DNA of 64,000 bases from Laetmonice hystrix (Eukaryota). A program made the position numbers and the translations under genes. The notes beneath the pieces are model-generated. The model made no database searches. It saw only the letters and a list, made by a program, of their open reading frames with translations, and was not told where the DNA came from. Shown here piece by piece: positions 22,841 to 36,100 of the stretch (position 1 is its first letter; the number at the start of each line of letters is the position of its first letter). The stretch is from NCBI GenBank assembly GCA_965235115.1, contig OZ249436.1:54748001-54812000 (forward strand). The letters are read 5' to 3'.

Positions 22841-24294
22841 GCCCAAATTTTTCTAAACATAATACATAGGCAGTTATCAATGATGTTATTGTTCCCACAA
22901 TTCTTGACGTGCCAGGATGGCGGCGTTGACCGTATTTTCCTCCACTAGTGTATACATACCAATCACTATGTCAGCAAATCGAGATGATTATAGGTGCCAT
23001 AAAGTACCTCAATGGTGAGTAGGTATAGGCATAGTTCTGAAGATTCAGGTCGATTCGGCGGGTGCATCTATCCCTTTAGATATTCTGTGGGGAAAACCAC
23101 ATCAATATTAATATCCGTTTATGTGGGATTTTTTTAAAATGCGAACTTATTCAATATGGCGGAAACTAGATGGATTCATAGCCTGGCCTTTAGAAACCTT
23201 GGGGGGGGGGAGGGGGCGTGACCCGCACAGAAAATTGTCGTCTGGATTTGCCAGTGAAGAACGGTCAATTGAGGAGGTACACAGTGGTTCCGGTGCAAGG
23301 CCGCATGTCTGCATACGACACTTCCATTTAAATGTGGAAAACGACGACGGTTTATTCCACGATTTTTTTAATATTACCATTACTTATCTTTTATTTGCTG
23401 CCATGAATCGTTTGATATCAAAGTCGAACGAGGAACGATAAGGTGTTTTTTTTTTTATCTAGAGTTGAATTGTTTTGTTTTATGACGTTCGCTCTTCTCA
23501 TCTTTCCCGCCATATTGTTCTACTGTGGGTATCCGTTTATAGAGTGCCTGGGCGTGCAACATTAGTTTCAATTCCCAGCAGAAAGAATCCATTAATTTTC
23601 AATTTCTGAGTATGACGACAGTAGGCTACAATAAATACTAATTTCGCGAAGCAAATATTATATTTGTACACGTTTTACAAAATAATAACTATGGCGAACT
23701 TATGCCTGAGTATAATATGAACCCTTAAACCCTATACACTTCACGTATGCTGAAAGGTCTGACTGAAAGAAAAAAGAATGGAGAAGCAGAAAAAAATATG
23801 GGTGCGGAATTTATGTCTGGGCGCCATCTACTAGAGTGGCACCTAGCGGAGAGTAAAGTATCTACAAGTATCTGTATCCCGCACAAGGTGGCGCTCCCGT
23901 ATCATAGGCCGTAACGCTGACGCCTCGCTCTATATGCACTTCCTGCAGAAATAAGACATCGGTGCTGCGCTTCCGTGCTGATAAGTTCATTCGGCAGCGC
24001 ATGCATTTGATGTCACTGGCGCCACCATAAAGATTTGTAAATGCAATATGACACTGTAACAACGCCATCTTGAGTATGATGTCTGTACCAGTCAGGTTCC
24101 TGTGTTTTTTGTTTTCCTTTGTGCTACCATGTAAAATGGATACATTAGACTCCTTTAATATTGAGGCTGTATCTAATTAACGCTGATTCACGTACGGTTG
24201 CATAGTCAGGGGCTCGTAGTAACGGGGTGCTCAGGGTGCGTACATACCCCCCCCCCCGCAGCCCAAGCTCACCCGGACTTCAAAAAATTGCAAG

Positions 24295-24489
24295 AACTGA
24301 ATGGAGTACCCTAGTATGGAGTAGCCTATGTAGTACCCTATGGAGAACTGAATGGAGTACCCTATGGAGTACCCTATGGAGTACCCTATATGGAGAACTG
24401 AATAGAGTACCCTATGGAGTACCCTATGGAGTACCCTATGGAGTACCCTATGGAGTAGACTCTACCCTATGGGGTACCCTGAATGGAGT
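24295..24489. repeat. 12-bp tandem repeat (ggagtaccctat)n with interspersed agaactgaat
   Basis: Seen directly in the sequence. Confidence 0.9.
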
Positions 24490-27400
24490 TTAGCTCCCAC
24501 TAAACGGCCAAACCCCAACGATCACGGCCACGGGTCTGATTTAAGAGAAGTCGATTTATGGCCATTTGTCTTTTTGTAAGTCATTATATTCTGTCCTCAT
24601 TCCTAGAAGAAAAGCGTCATTCTACTAATTCGTTTAAAGGTCAGTCCGTTGGTCAAAACTAATAAATAAACTAATATATCTGGTAAACTTTGAGCAATTC
24701 GTAGAACAATCACGAGGAAGCTAGACACCCCGGGGTATTGTTCCTCCAAAGATTATTGAACTAGAAGAAATGGGTGAATTCCCGATAGGTTAGTGTAATT
24801 ATCATCGCTGACGAGACCCTGGTGCTCTAAAGAACAACGTCAATAAGTAATTTTACATTGTCTACCGCATTAAAACAAGCTCACATATTGTATAGCGCCG
24901 ACACCAATAGGGTTCCTACTATGCAAAGTCACTGTTTGGCAGCTTGATGCCTTGAGGGCAACTTCTTGCCATTACCGGCAATGGAATTCCACTACATTGG
25001 GGCGGGTTGGGGGGTTAAACCTTTCCAGATATTTATTAAGTCAGCTTCTTGTGCTTGCGGTCACAATTAGGAATATTTGGGTGGGGAGGTGTCAAAATGT
25101 TATCTAATAGAAGACATTTCGCTTGTAAAATAGAAACAGAGGAAGGTGGAAGTTTAACATTCAGGGATCTGGGGCAGATTTCCAATCAGGGTCAAAGTCC
25201 TGTACACTACGTCCTCCTGCTCAATTAGTCGCCTCTCTGGCTCGATCCTATAGGGTCGGAAATCAAGAAGGTATCAATCTCCCAACTGCTAATTTCAATG
25301 CAGGAAAAGGGAAGAGCTTGCGGAAGGAAGGGCAGAGAGGGGCCGACTTTGTGCCAAACTTGGCCAAACAGGAAGCCAGACATGCAGGTAAGTCAATTAA
25401 TGAGTCATGCCTTCTGGCTGCCCAGGAAGTCGATCTTCCAGAAGAAAGAGCAGATAGAGACGGACTTCCTGTTTTAATGTTCTTTCACATTTTCTTTTAA
25501 TTAAAACAAAACGGAAGATTCAGACACCCTCCCCGATCCTTTCACTCACGACAGACCCGACCACTGCTAATCCCACGAGTATAAACCACCCCGCTTGGTG
25601 TTATTTATATATATATATATATATTCGCACCTTGCAGCCATTAAAATAGTCTGGCCAAATCTTTTAACCACGGCCGGTCCTGGTTGACTGATGGGTTTGT
25701 AATTTTTCTAAATATAAATGGCACCTACAGCAAAAAAAGACACACAAAAAATACAGACCTCCTTTTTATGAAGGTGCATGCCCTTCCCCATGCATCCTCT
25801 TCAGAACGAATCATAACCTGTTCTCTATTGGACATTTGATATAAAGGCAGTCCTTACACCAAGGGGGTGAATGGGTAGGGTATAGTCCCTACGTTACGGC
25901 GCCCACCGGGGATCCTGTAGAGAGGAGTGTAACACCACCAATCATAATGCTGCACTCAGCCACGTGATGCCCCCCCCCCCCCGCACGGATCAGATCGGCC
26001 AATCGGAAACCGCCCTCAGAAACCGCCCGGTCAAGTCAGTATAGACCCATACAGCGGCCGGAGGTTTCAACAAGGGTCGCCATGCTACCAAAATTAATGT
26101 GTAGGAAGCTAGGGGCTGAAGAGTTAACCCACCCCCCACAAAAAAAGAAAAAAAGTGCACCAATCTATGACTTATAGCCAGCCTGAACCAAAATTTCAAA
26201 GTCTAAAGCTTCCTGGGCTTAAGTCAACATTCCAGTTTGCGAAAAAGACAAGTTTGAAATGCGTTTAGTGTGGCCTTTTTTTAAATATATATTATACAGG
26301 ACTTCAATGGATCCCTTACTGGGCCGTACCTCGGAATTTGAACTTACAATTAACACCCGACGACAGTGAATGAATTTGCTTTTGCGCTCGTTTGCATTGC
26401 TATTGCTCTCTGTCTCTGTCTGTATTTCTATGAATACGCCCAATCTAGTTTTGGTATAATTAAATGTCCTATAAACAAATCACGTCCCAAAATTGGAGTC
26501 TGCGAGGTGACGAAGGAGCACAGCACCGTCTCGGCGGCTGCAAGTGATCATCACTATCTGGGTTCAGAACATTTGTCTTCTCGGCATCTAGGGAATAGCC
26601 AGAGCGCTGTACAGTTTATGACAATATCGAATGGTACGACGGTATCGTTTCAGGTTTCCAAACTCGGTGTTCCTAAACTTAGGGTTGAAAAGGTATGTTT
26701 CTGTGCTTGAAAATCAGATTTAAATGAACTAATCGATGTAGGTAAATGCATGTTCCTCATTTCATTGCCCTGAATCTTAACACTCACTCTATCCACCTGG
26801 TATTGATGAGTAGTTCCACTGGGGTAAAGCTATTACAACTTGCTCTTCCACCCCACCTGTCATCTATTCCCCTGGGGGTTGGTGACCTACGTCCGAGACG
26901 ACCATGCCTAATGGGGTGGGCTCCTCAAAGCTTTGCCATGGGCCTTAATCTAGCTCCCGAAAACACATCAAATTATAATTTTAAAAATGACTAAGCCCAT
27001 CATTCCAATGTTTGTCGAGGTAACAGAAAATGATGAAACGATAAAAGAGTAATGATGCTCGCTGCAGGACCGCCCCACTTTTCGTCTGTAACTTTTGCAG
27101 TATCGATCAGCTTTTAGAGCTGCAAACCAAGAAACTTATACATTTGATCGAATCTGTGGCCAGCAGCAACCAGCAGCCGCGTGCACTGCCCGTAGGGAAA
27201 TCTGAAATCCACGTGACAACAGGGCAAATTGCATGATAAGATGAGGGGGTCGGGGAGTGGGGGGTCGGTGGTCCCTTATCGAGTCTGTCTACATCGAGCG
27301 CCGCTTGTGATCCATCATCGGGGAAGGAAGTGGTGAACGGAGCAGGACTCGAGACCAGCTCGAACTGGGCACGGTAGGAAGTAGGACCAGCAGGTCATGT

Positions 27401-28829
27401 CTGGAAGACTCGGGTCTGTTTTTACAATACGAGTTGTTTAAAACAATTATTGATTGATTTATTGATTGATTTATCACTTTGTCATTCATTCATTCGTTTT
27501 ACTCTTTCTGTTATAAGAACATAGGAAATAGAGAAAGCAGATCTGCCGGAAATGTCGCTCCATATTAAATACACCGCAGCGCATGTGCCGCAGCACACCT
27601 TCTATTGCGCAGCGGGAGAACCAATTAGGTTTGAGGTTTGACACTGCAACAATGACACACAGAACCATTCACCGGTGGCATTGCCAGGTGGCATATACTG
27701 TCACACCCTTCATAAGCTTCATATTCTCGACACACAACACAGTAGTATGCAGTCGGCATATAATTATGCACTACACATTCTAAGAATAGTGATGTAAATC
27801 AACCTTTGACACTTCTTGACACTATCCCTCTTTACTTTCATCACCACAGACAGATTAAAAAAGAAGAAACTTGCTGCGAAGATGAATTAGAAAGCCACTC
27901 ATTGACACACTCACTCCTCGTTCTATATTTTGTCAAATCAATTCTGTGTACATTAAACCTGTAGTTGAAAGCTGCACCAATGCTGCCGAAACGTTCAAAA
28001 GTTGATTAACAGCATTTTAGCATCGTTTGCCGAAAACGAATGACTTTCAGTTTCTTTTTACAAACCTGCGTCGTCTGCTGGGAATAAGTCGGACTCAACT
28101 GAAAAAACACTAGTGTCTAATTTATTCACTATTCATCACCTGTACAGGTGCAAATTAGACATGCTAGTTACCTGTGCGGATCCTATCATTGACGTAACCA
28201 TGCGCATGCGCCTCGGGGGCAACCCGTCTTATCCGTCGAGATACAAAGATCCAAGTTCTGGCTGCTGGGACTATCTAATCTTAGACTTCTTAACCTTCAT
28301 AACGTTTTAATAAAGTGCTGCAATTCCAAGATGATGCAATCACGATTAATCGCGTCACCGATACTGCGCGCGCAGGGCAGCATGGGTAGGAATAATGTTA
28401 TCGTTGAGAATCGAATTGTGTGCGAGGCCATGAGAATGGTAGACATCAACTGGGCGTCTGTCGAGGTGCCTGGAGTTTCATCTCATACTAACATTCTATG
28501 AAAAAGTCATTTTTATTATAAAAAGTAATATTCCTCCGGTTTATTCTTCTCTGGTATCTGCCTGTTCTGGAACTGTCCATGGCAGGCAGATACTAACTGT
28601 AGACCAGGGACTATAAATGTATATGCACATTCCTGCTGGCAAAGCTACAAACTGGGATGACAAACACAATAATCTCACTTTATCGGACGTTCTATCTGCT
28701 TTAGTCCACATCCAGATGAGACCCTGGTACTTTTCTAGGGACGTCTAGACATGGTTTATCAAATTTACTGCGTGATTATTTTTATATATAAAAAGATGAC
28801 AGCCTGCATCATTCCAAGCCATATAGGAA

Positions 28830-29460
28830 GTGTCCCTGGGATGGAATTGTGTCTGTGAAGAAAACTACAAAAAGTTATCTAACAGATCGATTCCATGGGA
28901 GGTGGTAATATATGGATGTAAGTATCTCTCAGACTTTGCCTTCATTTTATTAGCGCGATGTTCATTTCTCTGTCGATTCGAGGTGAAGGAATTCCGAAAT
29001 AGTGCTGACGTTAGGAATTGTCTGCTTTGCTTGCAGGCTGCATGGAAAGGAAATTTCCTTGTTGTTTAGTTGTATCAACAAAACTAATCAAATTTGGTTT
29101 GTCAATGGCTATTTATGGCAGTCCGTTCTCCGCAGGTTGCCTGTGTCTCCTCATGCAAAAGCTGTATACAATAATTGTACAACGATTTCAAGATGGGAAT
29201 GTCTATATTTGGTCTAGAAGTTAGCACCGCTAGGTAAAGCAAGAATCAAATTCCATATAAGAATCGTGCTGCTTCCCAACGTTGTACTTCTAACTATATC
29301 GATAATTGCCTTCAGGTCTATACTTTTTCCTTCCGAGGAGTTGTTATTATCTTATCTCAGAGAAAAGTATCATTTGTTTTAAATATTTTTAAGTAGTTCT
29401 TGAACATAGAATAGGCGCTATATTTTCTTGATAAAACACATCGCTTGTTTGACGCATTGT
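28830..29460 (-). mobile_element. Highly degenerate LINE (CR1/L2-group) ORF2 C-terminal fragment
   Basis: Minus-strand translation gives LEVQRWEAARFLYG (cf. LExVQRRAARF) and, downstream, FFTDTIPS (cf. SFFPxTIxxWN), broken by stops and frameshifts. Confidence 0.35.
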
Positions 29461-30177
29461 AACTGGGTATACCCGTAACATAATACTCTGTATATACCAT
29501 GAGGAAGTTCAATACCTTGATTATTTCTGTCACAGGTGATGTATGTCGTTCAGTTGTGGACCATGTTAAGGGTTTCCCATGGGAAATTTAGCCGCCATGT
29601 TCCCATGGGAACCATATACATGGACACGTGTGGGTGGACAACCGCGCGCATCCCACGCGCGCAGAAATAGCGCCTCTTTAGCTCTCCCTCGTGGGTGATA
29701 AGCCCATCAAGATTTATTAAGTTTACTCATATGTACCTCTGATTAACAGCTTTTTCCGTATCTTGTCGTTTCCATACTATTGTCACGGAGACAGTTCTTA
29801 CTGTTTTGAATAACAATCAAGGATAACAAATATATCAGCTGATAACTGCCTCAATATATCTACATTGAGTCAGAGATAATGAAGAGACAATGACATTTTA
29901 CACGGTGCTGAGTGTGTTAGAAGTTATTTTAAGTTCGTCCAAGCCGATAATTACGCTCGTCATTTGGCACTGACGCCAACGCTAATTATCACCATTCAGT
30001 TCACCAATGATTTATATGAGTAGTTGTATTGTTGACATTGTGTGGGCGAGGTCATTCGGAATGGAGGACGGTCTTAATAAGGTCATCAGTAGTGGCATAG
30101 TTTATGTATCGCTGGCTGAGAGCAAGAATATTGTACACGAAAAAATTGAAACATCGGTTGAATGGGACATTAAATAG

Positions 30178-30747
30178 CATTCGGGAATCCTCGGCCATAT
30201 CTTCGAAAGTAGCCTCGGGTGAAATAGGCGCCATTTTGAGCATTGCATCGCGGGTACATTTAACCGGGACTCTCGCCAGCATGGCAGTGCTTGCAGTATT
30301 TTGCCTGCATCAGGCATGGAAGCAACTAAAATAGGCCTACAGTGCTTTCCCCAAAGTCAGTGGGCAATATTACGATAGTATCATGTTCATGATACAACTT
30401 AAATTACAAGTAGTCCTACCATGTGTCGTGTTATTATCGGTCATGGGCGCGGCCATATTGCTTCCCATAATTTGATAAATTACCGTATCACGCCCATTTA
30501 GGTAAATTAGGTAATTGATTTTTTCAGTTCAAACGTTCCTCTTCATACCACAAATATATATTTGCACATACGATGCCAAGAAGCAGGTTTCAATAATGCA
30601 CTACTTTCTAGCTCGATGGGATATGACGGTTCACTCAGTGCCTCGCTACACAGGTCGATTTCGCCATGTATCTGGTTGCCAATGGCGCCTATTTCACCCG
30701 AGGGTATATGTAGAAATGACGTCATATGCCCGAGGGAATCCCGAATG
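30178..30747. mobile_element. Non-autonomous Mutator(MULE)-like element, 570 bp, 9-bp TSD
   Basis: Perfect 9-bp direct repeat ATTAAATAG at 30169-30177 and 30748-30756. TIR cattcgggaatcctcggccatat / atatgcccgagggaatcccgaatg, plus inner arms cctcgggtgaaataggcgccatt / aatggcgcctatttcacccgagg. Confidence 0.85.
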
Positions 30748-31370
30748 ATTAAATAGGTCTCATGAATACGCATCAGTGCAGCTATATTGTATCAACATGT
30801 ATAAAACAGTTAAGGTGGTATAATATGTTGCCCTTCTTAATACTATTAAGAAGTCGTGAAGTGACAGGTGCGCGTCACGTGACACCAGGAAATTCCCCCG
30901 GCCGTTCCTAGTCCCAGTTCAAATGGCGTCTTTGCAAGAACGGGTTTACGGTGCACGACTGACGAATTCATGTTAATATGTCACGATTGTCGTTCTTTTC
31001 CCAGCTAAAAGGCAGGTATTACCTATGATATCGTTTCTGCTTGATGTTGAAAGCATTTGGGGGAAATATAGGAAAATTGTCAACATTGGATGGCAATACA
31101 TGTTTGTATATTGTTCTAATAGTTATTCTAAACGAATGAACAACGTTTAATAAACGTTTTAAGGAAATTATAACGAATGAACAAAAAGTTTTACGACCTT
31201 TTTGAACCAGGTTAGTACATTAATTTATTTGATAATTATTCATCGGGACCCAATTGGGCATCAACGAGATCATCGTCATGATCAATTGCCATCGCCCTCA
31301 TCAACACTGGGCCTTGCCCTTGTCCTGAAGGTGACCTTTGGTGACCTGATACAGTGGAGGATCCATATGG

Positions 31371-31998
31371 GGTCCGTTCCACTAACGAAAGACGTCTTAA
31401 GCTGCGCTCTAGAAAATGGGCCAGATCGCCGTGGAGCGCGGATAGAGTGCCTTGAGGTCCTTCTGAGCGTCGTAGGAGCAGATAGTGTCTCCCTGGGTCG
31501 TCATATGGTCACCATGAGCGCCATCAGCGGTGACCAATTTTGAACATGCACAAAATTTACGCCGCGGGGTCGCCGTGTATCTAAAAGCGCAGTTAGATCG
31601 AAATGCGATCACCATCAGCGTCCTAGGAGCGCAGTACCAGATTCCCGAGAGCGCAGGTCGAGCGCCAGTGAACGGTGTACCATCGCTGCTACCGAGACCT
31701 CGGTGACCCCAATGAGCGCTTTACACGCTCCGGATCCGTACGGTGCTGCCGCTGCGCTCATGACGTCAGAGCTGCGCTCTTGCTGCGCAGTGAGCGCAGT
31801 GTGATCGTATAGGACGTGGTAGCAACGCCACACGACGTGGTAGGGACGGCCTAAATCGTCCGAGAATTGCCTTTTGTCCACGTTGTGGCAGCGGGGTGTG
31901 AGCGGCAGTCACACTTGGAGAATAGGAGGTCGCCGCAAAGACCTCTTTGGGCTCAGCGACCATTTCAAAGACGTCTTTCGGGCTTAGTGGAACGCACC
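31371..31998. mobile_element. GC-rich MITE (PIF/Harbinger-like termini)
   Basis: Imperfect TIR ggtccgttccactaacgaaagacgtctt / aagacgtctttcgggcttagtggaacgcacc. It is immediately preceded by a cagtggaggatcc terminus of another family. Confidence 0.65.
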
Positions 31999-32545
31999 GA
32001 AAAAAGGTAATATTTTGGGGGCCCACCTAAAAGAAATGTATGTTATGTTGCTGTTGGACTGAGGATACTTTTATTACACTAGTAGCTCAGCCAATCAGCG
32101 CTCGTTGTTTTGTGCAAAGGTATAATAATGTAGCAGATAGAAAGGTGGTAAGTGTCAATGTTTTGATCAGCTCAGCTTAGAAGGATTGAACAATAAAAAA
32201 ACAGTTTCCTCAAATTACTACTATATCAGTGTGTGCGGCAATCAAAGTGTGTTCGTCCCAACTACCTAAATACTCCTTATTGTAGTCTGTTTTTTGTGGG
32301 ATCAAAGAATTGTCTGGCAGATCCGCCAGAACAATGGGGTACACAGGAGTCGGTAAACAGGGAGCAAGACTTACTGGCGACTATACCTATAATCAGAGGC
32401 TATTTGCTATTAGTGACAGCTACCTAATACTTTCCTTGTCGTGAAACTATAGGTACAGTTTGTATGGAACGGTTTGTATAGAAAGAACAAAAGACTATAA
32501 TTAGTAGTTGTGTATAGTGTACGTCCCTGAGTCTCTAATTAGATT

Positions 32546-32640
32546 TCTCTCTCTCTCTCTCTCCCCCCTCTCTCTCTCCCTCTCTCCCTCTCTCTCCTCC
32601 CTCTCTCTCTCTCCCCCTCTCTCTCTCGCTCTCTCCCTCT
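32546..32640. repeat. (CT)n microsatellite
   Basis: Seen directly in the sequence. Confidence 0.9.
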
Positions 32641-33113
32641 AGACTATCATTACGTCGGTCCCGTCCAGGCACGGTCACTAGCCCGCCGTGGTCGAGCGCC
32701 AATGACGTCCTGGAAGAAGATTCTCTTGTAGCTCAAGGTCACTAGCGGGAGACAGGAACCCACTGGAGGTCAGCCGGGCGTGGAGAAGGAGGAGTAATGG
32801 AAGGGGGAGGAGCGAATCACTGATCCCATTGGTGTAGTTGGTTGGGTAGATGTCAGTCAGTCAGCCAGTCACTCAGGCGGCCTACGTGCACTTCCTCCCA
32901 ACTAAGTCCTTGCAGGCGGTCACCGCGCAGCCGTCCCGCGCATAATCTACCCCCGACCAGCATCATCTCGATCTGACACGTCTTTAAATCTCCCTCCTCT
33001 GTCCTCCTACCTCAGACAGTCGGTCATTCGAGACCCTTCATCTTGCCGGCCGCTCTTGCAACACTGAATGGAACTTACCCTACACGCTTAAAGGCCTTCC
33101 CACACACAAGTTG
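32641..33113 (+). promoter_or_regulatory. Candidate promoter and first non-coding exon (possibly of NDNF)
   Basis: GC-rich block after a (CT)n tract, with CCAAT overlapping TGACGT (~32699), a reverse CCAAT (~32828), repeated TCAGT initiator-like motifs (~32853-32870) and a donor-like TG|GTAAGA at 33114. NDNF exon 63261 begins with an acceptor, so an upstream exon must exist. Confidence 0.3.
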
Positions 33114-36100
33114 GTAAGATATTGTAATTTTTTTTATATTCTGGTGTATTTTGTGCACAATTTATTTCCAGCTGGACGGACATGATGGACATCTTTCTGA
33201 GATTTATACGGATGTTTCCAATGCAAGGTTTGCATTGCTGTGTATAGAGTGCATGACGATATGCGGTGGAGACTTGGCGCGGTTGTCACGGTGCGGGTTT
33301 TTGTGTGTCTCTGTGTCAAATCGACAAGCCGCCAGTCGATGCCAAAGAGGCCGTCACAGAGGATGTTTAGGGCCAATACAGCACCAGCTGCCCACGGTGT
33401 GAGAACCACGGAGTCCGAGGTACAACACCTGGCACCATGCGCTCAGATCTGGGGGGTAGGTCAGAGGTCAAACTGGTGCCGGGGCAACGTCCTGTAAAAG
33501 GGGAGGGGGTGTGAATAGACAGAGGGCTCGTACAAGCTGATACACGGGCGATGGTGGGGCAGGCACCGTGTCAGTGGCGGCCGGCTTTGACTCTCCACAC
33601 CCACCATTATGCACCCCGGAAAATAATGGTGTTTTGATGAGCATCAGTTGCGGCGGTTTGTCTTGAGGGTAATGTAAGAGGCAAGGGGCGTGCCCCTCAC
33701 CCTCGCCCTCCGCGGGTCTACTTACTCGGCTTCAAAGACGGCAAGTGCCTAGACTTGGCAAAACGCCAGACTCCAGCCTCTCAATTTGGATTGTGTGTGC
33801 ACGTGGGTTCGGTGAAGATGTTGGGAGGGGCGAGTGTGTGTGTTCCGTAGGTATATAGCACGAGGTTCACCTGATTTGTTTTTCTGCTGCCACTGAATAT
33901 GGTTTGATCTACTTTCATTTTATTCACGGTGCGAGTCTTGTTTCAGAAAGAAAAAAAAAGAGTCCATCGAAGGATCAAAATGGTTGGCCAGTCCAATATT
34001 ATACGCGACTCTATTTTCCTAACTTTGACTCTTGAGTTTAACCGATATAGAAAAGATTTCACTTTAAAGCGTGTTCAGCAATTGAAAGAGCAAGACACCC
34101 AATGATGCTTTAAAATGTTGCCTTATATTTTATTACAACCGAACGTAACATTAGCAATACAGAAGAAGGGGTGGAATTAGCGTAACAAGACAAAACGACA
34201 TGTGTTATGTAGCATGTCGTGTGTGTATGACCGACTCACTGCATCATCTGTGTTTTCTAGAGTACTTTCCCCGTGGGTGGTTCCCGTAATTACAGACGAG
34301 TAGTCTACGACTTGTTCTTATTTCGATTAGACTGCCCCATGGCGCCGGGCTTGTATAGACAGGGCATAGTCGGTGTCACATCAGCCGTTCTATAATTAAG
34401 CAAAATTAGGGGCATTAGGACCTGGGATGTTCATAGCCAGTTAGGCAGTAGAGTGTGCTCTACGACGACTATAGGCTTAACGGTCCGGGGTTTAATCCTT
34501 CAGACGCCGAGCGGGTATAGTAACGACGCCTTGCTGGGAGTTAATAAAAACCCCTCATCCACTGCCATATTTCTAACGGACCATTACGTGTCTCCCTGTG
34601 GTCCCGTCCCGAAACACTGGCTCCCACTAGCCCGGCTGAGCGTTAACCAGCCGCTAACATCGAGGCAGCTCAATCAAAGCAATCGCCCAAACCATGGTTG
34701 AGGGAAATCTACGAGATGTCATGTTCCACTCCTTTTTACAAGCTGTAAATTTCACGCCGCCAGCTTGGCGAGAGTAGAAATACGGGCTACAGTAATTATT
34801 TGCATATCACTTCTATGAATCCCACCAGAAGAGAGATGGAAAGAAAGAAAGAAATGAAGGAAGCAAGAAAAGACAGAAAGAGAAGGAAGACGAACAAGAA
34901 ATCGACGCCGGTATAACGTAATACATGTTCTCAAACATCCACTTCCGGTTACCAGCGTCCTGCCGTAGAGAAGGCCAACCCCACGTCATTTAGTAACTCC
35001 AATACTTGGCGCCATCTAAATGTCCAACAATATCCATATTTTACAGAATCTACATTATAGCCTAAAGGTCTTTATCTCTGAAAAGGTGTGGAGGAGACGA
35101 TGGGCGGCATGCACGATTACCACAAGAGTCCGACAACACTTCTGGCCAATGCCATCTGCCAACAACCATGGGGATACTGGTAATCCCTAGTTTCCAAACT
35201 CACATAAAATGTCAACGTCTCGAGATAAAGGCAGACCTTACACCATAAGGTCAAACCGTCCAGTATAATGAAAAAAGGGGATCTTAAGGTAGGGCCTATA
35301 TATACGTATAGAAGGTATTGCTGTTGTAATAAATGCATGCTGTCAATGCGGCGGTTAGAAATGTTGGCTTCAGAGGTCATTGTGGTTATGTAGACTTTAA
35401 CTTGGAAGGAACCATCATGCCATCCGTCATGGGTCCTCAGCGAAGTCAGTCTAATACATGGCCCGCGGACCCAAATTATCGGGGGACATCGGCAGCGGCC
35501 GAGTAGAGTAGTATATGGAAACGAGGTTAAAGCGTCACGGCCGCGTCCAGATCGGCCGATAGCGGCCGTCGGTCGTGGCTGGCGTTTTATCTGATTGTGG
35601 CGGGAAGGACGCGTGATCAGCGTTGGTGGAGGGATCGACTGAGGAAGGGACAATTAGGGATGCTTCCAGCACCAGCTGGCCGCTGCGTTTGGGCGTTGGC
35701 TTGCCAGTTGGAGGGAGCAAAGGGGGAAGCTGGAGGGCCGTCTGTATTTTTCTGTTTTGCGTATAAAGATCTTTTAATGAAGAAATACACAGTGAATTTG
35801 GCTGAAATACGGCAAGACTGCGGCCTTGATAGGAACCGCAAGTCTGTATAGTGAGGATCCATGGGCGCCGGTCGCACCCAATGAACCGAGTGATTGATCA
35901 CACCGGCTGAACCTTGTAACTACATACCCCTCAGAGGAGGCAGCGTATCTGTTTCAAGGCGTGGGAAATGCGACGGTTTCCGAAATACACAAAGTGGCCC
36001 GTGCATTATTGACAGTGCCGATACAGTGTCACTCCCTTGGGGAGATCGCTGCCCGAAGGCGCTGAACGCCGCCGGCAGCGTTCAAGTGCAAAAGCTTTTT

